A DNA stretch of 53,904 bases from Bacteroidota bacterium (GCA_003650365.1 QMPA01000001.1:1-53904), one strand, 5' to 3'. Positions 38,062 through 48,200 are shown, counted from the first letter of the stretch. The notes: a model not told the origin generated them from the sequence alone. A program made the numbers and translations.

Positions 38062-38754
38062 ATGTCGAAAAAACAAGAGATTAGTGTCGTTATTCCTGTG
38101 TATAATACAGAAAAGTATTTGGATCAGGCCATTGAAAGTGTGTTGAAGCAAAATGAAAAACCCTTGGAAATTATTGTCGTAGATGATGCCTCAAGCGACA
38201 ACAGCATAAATGTTGCAGAGCAATTTGGTAATAAAATTACACTACTGAAGCAGCCTAATAATAATGGTTGTGGGGCATCACGAAATCGTGGGATTGAGCA
38301 TGCAAATGGAAAATATCTGGCTTTTATTGATGCCGATGATTTATGGACGAGTGGTAAACTAAAGAATCAACTTGCTTATCTTGAAAATAATCCGGACATC
38401 GATATGGTATTTGGAATGGTGGAACAATTTATCAGTCCTGAATTATCAGATATTGATAAAAATAAACTGCGTGATGAATTAAAAAAAATGCCAGGTTATG
38501 TGGCAGGGGCCATGCTCATCTGCAAAGAAACTTTTCTGAAAGTGGGCTTGTTAAATGAAAAACTTGAACTTGGTGAATATATCGATTGGTTCAGCCGGGC
38601 AAAAGATATGGGATTGAAATTTCACCTGTCTGACGCTGTGGTACTAAAGCGACGTATTCATACAAGCAATATGGGTATTTATAAGCGCCAACATCTCAAA
38701 GACTATACGGCTATCCTCAGGGAAGCACTGGCACGAAAACGTATGAAAAAATAG
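38062..38754 (+). CDS. Family 2 glycosyltransferase
   Basis: ISVVIPVYNTEKYLDQAIESVL..IIVVDDASSDNS..FIDADD. Confidence 0.85.
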   Translation: MSKKQEISVVIPVYNTEKYLDQAIESVLKQNEKPLEIIVVDDASSDNSINVAEQFGNKITLLKQPNNNGCGASRNRGIEHANGKYLAFIDADDLWTSGKLKNQLAYLENNPDIDMVFGMVEQFISPELSDIDKNKLRDELKKMPGYVAGAMLICKETFLKVGLLNEKLELGEYIDWFSRAKDMGLKFHLSDAVVLKRRIHTSNMGIYKRQHLKDYTAILREALARKRMKK

Positions 38755-38758
38755 AAAC

Positions 38759-39493
38759 ATGTCGCTGTCTATGAATAAAACTAAGTTTATCCTTTTTGTG
38801 CAAGGACGATCGGGAAGTAACCTTTTGCGCGATCTTTTAAATGCCCATCCCGATATTCAATGCGATAGTGAGTTGTTTAAGGCAGACCCAAATCATATTA
38901 CAGCCCAGAAGATCAACAAGATCATTTTAAAAATCCCAGCTTCATTTGTCGAATCGCGTTGTCGGCTTTCCAAGCAGAATGTTTATGGTTTTGTACTCAT
39001 GGATTACCACTTAAAAAATCCCGGAGTATTAATAAAGCAACTTTATCAATCAGGATGGAAGATTATTTATGTATCGAGAAATGATCTGATGGCTCAGTGT
39101 TTTTCAAATCTTTTAGCACAAAAAACCAATCACTGGCACAACCGATCGAATAAGTTAGAAGCAACTTATAAAGTGAAAATTACAAAAGAAGAACTGTTAG
39201 ACGAGTTGAACTGGTGGGTGGCAAGAAAGAAAAATGAAGAAAACATCCTTAAAGGAATAAAAGCTTACCATGTAATTTATGAAGACAATTTGCAGGACAA
39301 GGCAGATTGGCCCAATACTACACATAAACTCTTTGAATATCTTGGTGTAGATCCGGTTCCTGTTAGCTCCACTTTTCAAAAAACATATTCGCGTCACTAT
39401 TCCGACATTATCAATAACTATGATGAGTTAATGGATTCATTAAAAAATACAACATATCAACATTTAATTCCTGATCAATTCAAAGCATTATAA
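38759..39493 (+). CDS. Stf0-like sulfotransferase (paralog 1 of 3)
   Basis: FILFVQGRSGSNLLRDLL (PAPS P-loop) and IIYVSRNDLMAQCFSNLLAQKTNHWH, which follows the Stf0-type R-x-D..Q..S..A..T pattern. Confidence 0.7.
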   Translation: MSLSMNKTKFILFVQGRSGSNLLRDLLNAHPDIQCDSELFKADPNHITAQKINKIILKIPASFVESRCRLSKQNVYGFVLMDYHLKNPGVLIKQLYQSGWKIIYVSRNDLMAQCFSNLLAQKTNHWHNRSNKLEATYKVKITKEELLDELNWWVARKKNEENILKGIKAYHVIYEDNLQDKADWPNTTHKLFEYLGVDPVPVSSTFQKTYSRHYSDIINNYDELMDSLKNTTYQHLIPDQFKAL

Positions 39494-39505
39494 ATTGACC
39501 AAGAA

Positions 39506-40222
39506 ATGAAACAAAAAACAAATTTCATTGTGTTTGGACAAGGTCGTTCGGGAAGTAACCTGCTGGTAGATCTGTTGAATTCGCATCCAGCTATTCATTG
39601 TGATATGGAATTATTGAATAAAAATCAGTTGGCAAGAAAAAACAAAATATTCCGATCGTTTGTTTATAATTTCCCATACCATTACATCAAACGAAAGATG
39701 AAAAGGAGTAGTAGTAAACTTTATGGGTTTAAACTCATGTACCACCAATTAGAGAATCATGAAAAAATAAGGCCTAAACTGTTCAACGAAAACTGGAAAA
39801 TTATTCATATTCAACGAAAAGATATTTTTGCACAAACACTTTCTACTCTTATTGCTAAAAAGACAGGAAAGTATATTCGCAAGCACCAAGATGTGGTTGA
39901 TAATATAGTTTTACGCATTGAACCCCAAAATGTTGCTGAAGATATAAGCCTCAGGTTAAGAGCTATAAAATACGAATTAGAAGTACTGATCGGACTAAAC
40001 TACTTTGACGTGGTGTATGAAAATGACCTGGCCGACAGTAACAGTTGGAATGAAAGTATGGAAGGTGTTTTTAAGTATCTTGGTGTGCCACCTATAGAAG
40101 TTTCAGCAACGACTTTAAAAACAGATAACAGAACAAATGAAGAAAGAATATCGAATTATTCTGAAATTTTAGAATACTTGAGTAATTCCAAGTTTAGTTA
40201 CTTACTTGAGCAAAAAGCCTAA
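39506..40222 (+). CDS. Stf0-like sulfotransferase (paralog 2 of 3)
   Basis: FIVFGQGRSGSNLLVDLL and IIHIQRKDIFAQTLSTLIAKKTGKY. Confidence 0.7.
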   Translation: MKQKTNFIVFGQGRSGSNLLVDLLNSHPAIHCDMELLNKNQLARKNKIFRSFVYNFPYHYIKRKMKRSSSKLYGFKLMYHQLENHEKIRPKLFNENWKIIHIQRKDIFAQTLSTLIAKKTGKYIRKHQDVVDNIVLRIEPQNVAEDISLRLRAIKYELEVLIGLNYFDVVYENDLADSNSWNESMEGVFKYLGVPPIEVSATTLKTDNRTNEERISNYSEILEYLSNSKFSYLLEQKA

Positions 40223-40250
40223 TTCTGAAAACATATTTCATCCATTAACT

Positions 40251-40961
40251 ATGCTACAAAATAAAAAAACCGGGTTTATTATATACGGACAAGGTAGGTC
40301 GGGAAGTACTCTCCTGAAACAATTGTTCAATTCACATCCTGAAATTAATTGTGAAGGGGAATTGCTAAACATAAAGGAAAATTATGTGACCAACCCATTC
40401 CTGGTAAAACTTGTAAATAAATTCCCTTTCAGGTTCTTCAATTTTCGCAGACAGATTTCAAAACTACCTGTTTACGGCTTTACCCTCTTACAATACCAAA
40501 TATCTAATCATCGGAAAATGCTGTTAAAAATGCAGGCTTCCAGATGGAAAATCATTCACCTTATTCGTGAAGATTCATTTGAGCAAAGCTTATCACATTT
40601 TGTTGCAAAGCAAACCAATTTTTGGCACAGGCGAATGGAGAAGGAAAATACAACTCCTTCTATTTTTATCGATCCTATTGCATTTTCTTCCTGGTATGTC
40701 AGGTTAGAAAAAAACAAAAAACGTTCAGAGCATTTTCTGAAGCATATTGAACATAAAACAGTTTTATATGAGCAAGATTTGTCGAATGAAAAGCAATGGC
40801 CCGAAACCATGAAAAGCTTATTTGCGTTTCTTGGTGTCAGGAATTCCCCAGTCAATGCATCACTTAAAAAAACCTATAAGAAGCCCTATTCGCAAATTGT
40901 GGAAAATTATGATGAATTATTAGAAAGTATCAGACAAAACGACATCACTTCAAATTTCTGA
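40251..40961 (+). CDS. Stf0-like sulfotransferase (paralog 3 of 3)
   Basis: FIIYGQGRSGSTLLKQLF and IIHLIREDSFEQSLSHFVAKQTNFWH. The ATG at 40251 is preferred over the TTG at 40206, which overlaps the upstream gene. Confidence 0.7.
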   Translation: MLQNKKTGFIIYGQGRSGSTLLKQLFNSHPEINCEGELLNIKENYVTNPFLVKLVNKFPFRFFNFRRQISKLPVYGFTLLQYQISNHRKMLLKMQASRWKIIHLIREDSFEQSLSHFVAKQTNFWHRRMEKENTTPSIFIDPIAFSSWYVRLEKNKKRSEHFLKHIEHKTVLYEQDLSNEKQWPETMKSLFAFLGVRNSPVNASLKKTYKKPYSQIVENYDELLESIRQNDITSNF

Positions 40962-42027
40962 ATCCTTTTGTAAAAGATCTCAATCTTTTCATTTTATTAT
41001 TAAACCTTTCTTTAAAACACATCCCCGGTTTGCTGGCAGGATTATACTTGAATGAATTTTTTAGAAATCTTAAAAACAAGGGGATAGTTCTTTGGAATGA
41101 TTGGATATATTTTGTGGCAAGTGCAAAATCAATAGCAATTTCAGGGAATGAATTTTTAGCATTTACAGCTATCCTTAAATCAGGAGCTTCAAACAGTCGT
41201 TTGTATCTTACATTCCCGAAGTGATTAAGTACTAATGCTTGTGGATAGTTTGTTGAAATAACATGAAAACTATCATCAAAGTTAAGTACACCATCCCAAT
41301 TTAAGGATGATTGTTGAACTCTCTTCCTAACTTCTTCCTGTTTGGTTTTTACCTCGTCGTATATTTCTGCATCTAATTTCCTCAATGAGGAATCATCCAT
41401 AAACAAGTAGTCGATTAAATGATGGCCAAAACCATTTATTGAATAGTCGAGTTCAGGATATTTACAGCAAAGAGTAAGACCAGTACCAACAGTTAAAGTT
41501 TTTTTTCTTGTCCATGGTTTTTGGTAACCTAAAGGTGCATTTTCAGTATAAAAAAAGTCCCACTGAACCACATTTTTGCAAGCAAAAACCATCATTGGGA
41601 AATTCTCATTTTTTTTATGCAGTGCATTAATATTCTCATGTATATATTTTGTAAATCCGCGAAATAAACCATCATCACAACCTAAAATGGTTGTGGTAAT
41701 ATAATTGGTCTGAGGAGAAATATAGGTCTTCAGCCAGTTCAAGTTGTTTTCATCAATTTCTGGAGAATAATCATGCAGTCGGGTGTTCCGAATTTCTTTT
41801 ATGAGATTGTGCATCCTATTTCTGAATTTATCAGGTAGTTTTGGATCGACAATAATGACCCAGCTAAAATCTTTGCGAATCTGGGCTTTTAAACTAGCTA
41901 AAGTTACAATCTCAAATAATTTAAGCCGATGTTCTAAAATATGAACATTTAAAGGGTCAGGCCATTTATTCTTATTGAAACCCGGCCTTCGATAACTGAA
42001 TGGAGAGATGATAAAGTGTTGGATCAT
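40945..42027 (-). CDS. Putative rhamnosyl-transferase-family (glycosyltransferase-like) protein
   Basis: The N-terminal pattern ISPFSYRR..LEHRLKLFEIVTLASLKAQIRKDFSWVIIVDPKLP resembles the RFSY..R..LFE..LPSL..Q..F.W pattern of that family. Convergent with, and overlapping by 17 nt, the last sulfotransferase gene. Confidence 0.55.
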   Translation of the reverse strand: MIQHFIISPFSYRRPGFNKNKWPDPLNVHILEHRLKLFEIVTLASLKAQIRKDFSWVIIVDPKLPDKFRNRMHNLIKEIRNTRLHDYSPEIDENNLNWLKTYISPQTNYITTTILGCDDGLFRGFTKYIHENINALHKKNENFPMMVFACKNVVQWDFFYTENAPLGYQKPWTRKKTLTVGTGLTLCCKYPELDYSINGFGHHLIDYLFMDDSSLRKLDAEIYDEVKTKQEEVRKRVQQSSLNWDGVLNFDDSFHVISTNYPQALVLNHFGNVRYKRLFEAPDLRIAVNAKNSFPEIAIDFALATKYIQSFQRTIPLFLRFLKNSFKYNPASKPGMCFKERFNNKMKRLRSFTKGFRNLK

Positions 42028-42155
42028 TTTTTTTCTTCGATGTGAAAGTTGTTAAACTTTGGTGTCAAAATTAACAAAAGTGAAAATTTACCTTTAGTTT
42101 TGTCCAATCAGTATTTATTCTGTAAATAGAATTCATCAATAAAATCACTTTTAAT

Positions 42156-42986
42156 TTGAAGACATTAATCAAGTTAGTAGTTATATCTGTCCTTATCATC
42201 ATTATTTCTGCCTGCAATTTTGAAAAAAGGAAACAAGCGTCCGGCGACACTGAAAGTAGTAAGCCGGGCAGTCAGGTGTTTTTAATTGGAAATGAGTTCA
42301 ATATAAAAAAAGCCGTTAATAAAATGATTGAAAAATCAGGAATTAGAAACGGTGGCTATGTTGTGATTATTCCTACATCATTTCAAGTAAATGATAGAAA
42401 GGCCAAATTATTAAGCAAGGAATTTAACAAGCAAGGGATTGTGGCAGTTCATGTATTAGGTTTCCCTTTTAAACCCAAAGAGGAATCATCCCGGATGTCA
42501 ATAAAAAATACGGATGTTCTTGCCATTGAAAATGCAAGTATCCTTTGCCTTCTTGATGGAAAAATAAATAAATTTATGAAGTTGGCCAAAGAAACCCGCC
42601 TGAAAAAAGCATTGCTAAAAGCAAAAGAAAAGGGTACACTGATTGCCGGGATTGGCAATGGAGCATCTATTTTGGGGGATAATTATTTTTTTTGGTTTAA
42701 GGATAAAAAAACAAACAAGAAAAAAATTGCATTGACACCGGGGTTGGGATTGTTGGAGAATACTGTTGTAGACGATCTTACTTTCTTAAAGAATAACAGG
42801 AAGAGAATAAGAAAAGAAACCAGTAGGGAAAACTTCCTGTTTATTGGAATGGCTAAAAAGGCTTCTGTTTATATTGAAGGTATAGATGCTGTTGTTTTAA
42901 GCGAGACAGAAATTAGCTTGGTGCATCCCGATTCAACTGCAATAAAGCTTGGTATTGGAGATAAGTTTTTCCTGCTGCCAAAATAA
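42156..42986 (+). CDS. Lipoprotein, cyanophycinase/peptidase S51-like (paralog)
   Basis: Lipobox IIIISAC. GGYVVIIPTSF, VLAIENASILCLLDGKINKFMKL, GTLIAGIGNGASILG. TTG start as given in the ORF track, with no nearby in-frame ATG. Confidence 0.5.
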   Translation: MKTLIKLVVISVLIIIISACNFEKRKQASGDTESSKPGSQVFLIGNEFNIKKAVNKMIEKSGIRNGGYVVIIPTSFQVNDRKAKLLSKEFNKQGIVAVHVLGFPFKPKEESSRMSIKNTDVLAIENASILCLLDGKINKFMKLAKETRLKKALLKAKEKGTLIAGIGNGASILGDNYFFWFKDKKTNKKKIALTPGLGLLENTVVDDLTFLKNNRKRIRKETSRENFLFIGMAKKASVYIEGIDAVVLSETEISLVHPDSTAIKLGIGDKFFLLPK

Positions 42987-43003
42987 TTAGTTTTGGAAAA
43001 GAC

Positions 43004-44260
43004 TTACTTAAACTTCCGCCCTCCTTTTCTGCCTCCACCACCGCGCTGATTTTTACCCGATTTTCCTTTAGGCCCTCTTTTAGAAAAAGTCCGTGGCCTG
43101 AATTTTACATTGGGGTTCCATTCCGGTCCATCGCCCAATTCGACAGGCAATGGCATTTTCATTACTTCATCCTCAATTAACTTCTCAATCTGCCGGAATT
43201 TATACATGTCTTCTTCATTAATCAAAGTAAGTGCAAGCCCGGTTGTTTCGGCACGGGCAGTACGCCCAACACGGTGTACGTAATCTTCGGCATCGCCCGG
43301 CACGTCGAAATTGATGATCAGGTTAATATCTTTGATATCAATTCCCCGGCTCAATACATCGGTGGCTACCAAGATTCGTGTTTTCCTTGAACGAAAATTC
43401 CGCAATACTTCTTCTCTTTCATCTTGACTTAAGTCACTGGAAATACGTGCAACCTCATGTCCTTTCTTTTTCAGGGTTCTCGCAATTTCCGTTACTTTTA
43501 GCTTGGTTGAACTAAATATCAGGATGCTTTTTAAATAATCTTTACCGGTAATCAGGCTGTTTATGAGAGGAATTTTTTGTGTATCGTAAGTTAAATATGC
43601 TCCCTGTAAAACACCTTCGGCAGGTTTTGAAATGCCAAAATTGATTTCGAAAGGATTGGAAAGAATTTTTTTGGCCAACTTGCGAATGTCATCGGGCATG
43701 GTGGCACTAAACATCAATGTTTGTCTTTTCTTTGGCAGGTAGGTAATAATTTTTTGGATGTCGTCCATAAAGCCCATATCGAGCATGCGGTCGGCTTCAT
43801 CAAGAATCAGGTGTTGTAATTTGTCAAACTTTGCATAGCCATTGGCAAGGTGCGAAATCAGTTTTCCGGGTGTTGCCACGATAATATCGGCTCCTTTCGA
43901 CAGCGCATTCTTTTCCTGTACCCAATCTTTCCCATCGCCTCCACCATAAACAGCCAGTGATTCTACCGGCGTAAAATAGGCGAAACCTTGTATTTGTTGG
44001 TCAATTTGTAATGCCAGTTCACGCGTGGGAACAATGATGAGTGTACTGGTTTCCATTTCATGATCCTTTGTTAGTTCGTCAAGAATGGGGAGGATAAAGG
44101 CTGCTGTTTTTCCAGTGCCGGTTTGGGCACAGGCAATCAGGTCGCTACCTTCTTGTATTTTTGGGATGGCACCCTCTTGTACCGGGGTTGCTTCTTCAAA
44201 GCCCATGGCATCAATGGCCTCGAGCAGATGTTCGTTGAGATTAAATGCTGTAAATTTCAT
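43004..44260 (-). CDS. DEAD-box ATP-dependent RNA helicase (RhlE-like)
   Basis: AQTGTGKTAAF (motif I), LILDEADRMLDMGF (DEAD), SAT, HRVGRTARA. G/R/K-rich C-terminal tail. Confidence 0.92.
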   Translation of the reverse strand: MKFTAFNLNEHLLEAIDAMGFEEATPVQEGAIPKIQEGSDLIACAQTGTGKTAAFILPILDELTKDHEMETSTLIIVPTRELALQIDQQIQGFAYFTPVESLAVYGGGDGKDWVQEKNALSKGADIIVATPGKLISHLANGYAKFDKLQHLILDEADRMLDMGFMDDIQKIITYLPKKRQTLMFSATMPDDIRKLAKKILSNPFEINFGISKPAEGVLQGAYLTYDTQKIPLINSLITGKDYLKSILIFSSTKLKVTEIARTLKKKGHEVARISSDLSQDEREEVLRNFRSRKTRILVATDVLSRGIDIKDINLIINFDVPGDAEDYVHRVGRTARAETTGLALTLINEEDMYKFRQIEKLIEDEVMKMPLPVELGDGPEWNPNVKFRPRTFSKRGPKGKSGKNQRGGGGRKGGRKFK

Positions 44261-44427
44261 TAAGGAATATTGTGCTGTGTTGTGGGAATCATTTTTGCTG
44301 AGTGCTTAAATTTTCCTGAAAACAAAAAGTTTTTTCAATTTTTGCAAAAGTAGCTAAAAATGGAATGCTCATTGATAATGAAAACGATCATCCTTTTTAT
44401 CAAGCACAAAGGGCACAATTAGTTTCG

Positions 44428-45078
44428 TTATTCTTTGCCAATAGCAACAAAAGGATTGTGCAATTTTTCAAAACCAATATTGGTTTCAGGGCCATGACCG
44501 GGCCAGGCAGTTGTTCTGTCGGGAAGTGTAAACAGCTTTTCCCAAATACTTTGTTGAAGCAGATCGTAATTGCCGGTTGGTAAATCGGTGCGGCCAATAC
44601 TTTGGTTGAAAAGTACATCGCCGGTAATTACAAAATCATCCTTTTCAGAATAAAAACAAAGGCTTCCATCGGCATGTCCCGGGGTGTAAAGTACTTGTAT
44701 TGTTGAATTTCCAAATTTGATAACCTCTTCTTCACCAATAAAATTATCAATGGTTTTTACTGTACCTATTTTTAAGCCAAACGAATCGGCATAAGCTGCG
44801 GCATTGGTTAAAAACCCGACGCAATCTTTATGCGTATTTAATTGAAGATTGTATTTTTCGGCAACAAAATGATTTCCCACAATATGATCTATGTGGGCAT
44901 GTGTATTGAGCAACAGTACCGGTTTTAGCCCGTTGGCATCAATGTAATCTGTAAGTTCATCTTCTTCAAGTTTTCCTTGCATACCGGGGTCAATGATGAT
45001 ACATTCTTTGGTTTCGTCACTTAAAACATAGGTGTTTACCTGGAAAGGATTGAATGCAAATTGTTTGACAGTAATCAT
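44428..45078 (-). CDS. MBL-fold metallo-hydrolase (glyoxalase II-like)
   Basis: NTHAHIDHI (HxHxDH) and YTPGHADGS. The ATG at 45078 (MITVKQF..) is preferred over the upstream ORF-track start at 45108. Confidence 0.85.
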   Translation of the reverse strand: MITVKQFAFNPFQVNTYVLSDETKECIIIDPGMQGKLEEDELTDYIDANGLKPVLLLNTHAHIDHIVGNHFVAEKYNLQLNTHKDCVGFLTNAAAYADSFGLKIGTVKTIDNFIGEEEVIKFGNSTIQVLYTPGHADGSLCFYSEKDDFVITGDVLFNQSIGRTDLPTGNYDLLQQSIWEKLFTLPDRTTAWPGHGPETNIGFEKLHNPFVAIGKE

Positions 45079-45281
45079 TTTGTACAGGATTAAATTTATG
45101 ATTTGCAAAAATACTTTTAATTCAACGAAAGATACCTTTAAAACAATGTAGGTATAAATAGAATTAGTGATAATATGCTTGTTTGCCCTAACATTACCTT
45201 AACAGCTTTTCCACACGAAAACGGTTCGAATTTTGTTATAATTTAGCAATTCATTTTTTACAATTGTAGGTGGGTAATTTA

Positions 45282-48200
45282 ATGCAGACATTATTGAACA
45301 ACTTGTTCAGGCCAGTTATCCTGTCGCTTGGTGCAGCATTATTTTTTGCTGTTGGAACACAAGCCCAGTTCTACAATGGCTCGAATATGACTTTCGGGAA
45401 GAACCGCGTTCAGTATAAAGATTTTCTGTGGACTTATTATAAATTCGATGATTTTGATACCTATTTTTACCTGAACGGAAAAGAGCTCGCACAATACACA
45501 GCTGAATATGCCCTAAAACAAATCCCACTTATCGAGAACAAAATGGAAAGTCGTCTCGATAAAAGAATCCAATTTATTGTTTTCAATAACCTGACAGATC
45601 TGAAGCAAAGCAATATCGGATTATTGACCAACGAGAGTTACAATACAGGTGGTATTACCCATATTATTGGCTCTAAAGTTTTTCTGTATTTCGATGGCAA
45701 TCATGTTCATTTTCAAGATGAGATAAGGGCAGGGATTGCCGAAGTAATGTTTAACCAGATGATGTTTGGTGGCAGTCTTGGAAAACAAGTAAAAACAAGT
45801 ACTTTTTTCTCGCTGCCCGACTGGTATAGAGTAGGCATTATTTCGTGGTTGAGCAAAGACTGGGATGTGGAATTTGATAACCGTTCACGTGATGGAATAT
45901 TGTCAGGAAGGTTTAATAAAGTGAATAACCTGACAGGGGAAGATGCTGTTTATGCCGGTCATTCGTTGTGGCGTTTCATCGCGTTACAATACGGACGGGC
46001 GGCGGTAAGTAACATTATTCATATGACCAGTGTAAGCAATAGTATCGACAAAGGTATTTTATTTGTTCTTGGCATTCCTTTTAAAACTTTGGTTGAACAG
46101 TGGAGAACATTTTATCAAAAGGAATACGAGCAATTTGCAGCAGCTAAAGACCATCCCGAAAATCTGTTAAAAATTAGATATAAATCAGATGTTATTATCG
46201 GTCAGCCACATGTGAGCCCATTCGGAAAGTATGTGGCTTATACCACCAACGAAATGGGGAAATACAAGATTTATATACAAGATCTGGCTACCAATAAACG
46301 AAAGAAAATACTGAAAAAGGGGGTAATGATCGATACCAAAACCGATTACAGTTACCCCTTACTTGCTTGGCATCCAACCGGTAAACTATTAACTTATGTT
46401 ATTGAAGACAAAGGAATGCCGTGGTTTTATATGTACAATCTTGAAGAGAAAAAAACGACCAAGCAGATTATTTTCGCGGTACAAAAAATTACCGACCTTG
46501 CCTATTCTGATGATGGCCGTTTTATTGTCGTTTCAGCGGTTCGAAAGGGACAAAGTGATGTTTTTGTTTATAATATTTCTGCAAGTACTTTTCAAAGCAT
46601 TACCAACGATATTTATTCAGAACTTAACCCACGTTTCATTAACAACTCTACACAAATTGTGTTCAGCTCAAACCGTGAAAATGATACACTCGGAAAGGGG
46701 CCTGAAAATATTTTGGATATTCCCAAGTATTTCGACTTGTTTGTTTACGACTTTGCCCATCCGGGACCTATCTTAAAAAGGATAACACAAACTCCGCTTG
46801 CCAGCGAAATCAGGCCCGAATCTTATGGGTTTAATACCATTTCTTACCTAAGCGATGAAAATGGCGTTTACAATAATTATGTAGCCATACTTGATAGCAC
46901 AGTAAGTTCGGTTGATACGGCTATTCATTACCGCTACTTTGTCCATTCAAAAGCCACCAGCAATTATGCATTGAACATAAGCGATCAGCATACGAGCCTT
47001 ACGTCTGGAAAAAAAGCAATGTTGTATTTTGAAGATAACCTGTGGAAAATCTTTATTAAAAATGTTTCGGATTATGCATCGCTTGCAGCATTACAATTGC
47101 CCAACACAAATTATATGTTGAGCCTGAAGAAAGATTTAGAAAAGTCGATAAAGAAATCAGAAAAGAAGAAGGACGCTACCAAAATGCAACCTTCGCCGGG
47201 TGAAGAACAGGTAATTGAACCGCAACCAAAAACAAAGATGAAACACTTTGTAATGGTTTACATCGATGATAAAGGAAATGAATTTATTGGTAAGCCAAAA
47301 AAGAAAGTTGGTGCAGAAGACAATTTGGATGGTTTTGGTTCTTTTGTTACGACAATTGATGGAAGACTTGGCGATGAAAAATTCGTGGTTCCCAAGCGAA
47401 GGAATTATTATGTGGAATATTTCATCAACGACATGATATCGCAAATCGACTTTAATTACGTCAACTACAGTTACCAACCTTTTACCGGGGGTGGTCCCAT
47501 TTATTTAAATCCGGGATTTAATATTTTCTTTCAAATGGGTGTAAATGACTTAATGGAAGATCACCGCTTTGTGGGTGGTGTAAGGTTTAATTTTAGCCTG
47601 ACGAATAACGAGTACATTTTTAGTTACTCTAATTTGAAAAAACGCCTGGACAAAGAAATTGTTTTTCACCGGAATACCACTCCTCCGTACAGTAATGCAC
47701 TTTCTAAAATAACTACACATGAATTATTTTATATCCTAAAATGGCCACTTAATGAAGCACTAAGTTTAAGGGGTACAGCAAAATACCGGAACGATATGTT
47801 TGTGGTTGCAGCAATTGGACTGCCATCACTTGAGTTTTCCAATCAATATGCCAATTGGGTGGGTGTAAAAGGAGAGCTTGTTTTCGATAATACGCGCTCG
47901 TTGGGAATGAACCTTTATGTGGGCTCACGTTATAAAATATTTGCCGAATACGACCACATGATTGGGCTTGTACAAGACGGGGCCCTTGTTAAACTTGATC
48001 AAAAATATAATCTGGTAGTTGTAGGCATTGATTATAGGCGATATACCCGGATTCACCGGAATTTTATTTGGGCCAATCGCTTTGCGGCCAGTACTTCCTT
48101 TGGTGCCAGTCCGCTTATTTACTATATGGGAGGTGTTGACAATTGGGTCTGGCCAAAGTTTAATTACGAAACGCCAATCGATTACAGCCAGAATTATGCC

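Noticed and set aside
31174-42027. Calling the block a canonical lasso-peptide biosynthetic gene cluster
   Set aside because: No asparagine-synthetase-like cyclase, transglutaminase-like leader peptidase or plausible precursor ORF is present anywhere in the window. Only the accessory, tailoring and export-type genes are there.
45200-45240. tRNA-like T-loop (GGTTCGAAT) in the 45.1-45.27 kb intergenic region
   Set aside because: The flanking bases do not form a T-stem, and no acceptor or anticodon arms can be drawn.
4287-45270. Longest ORF-track starts for several genes (4287, 8182, 17889, 20341, 26023, 26101, 31174, 32873, 35294, 40206, 45108, 45270)
   Set aside because: These use TTG/GTG codons or upstream ATGs that overlap the preceding gene or add non-conserved residues. 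The first sensible ATG just after the upstream stop was preferred. The true starts remain unverified.
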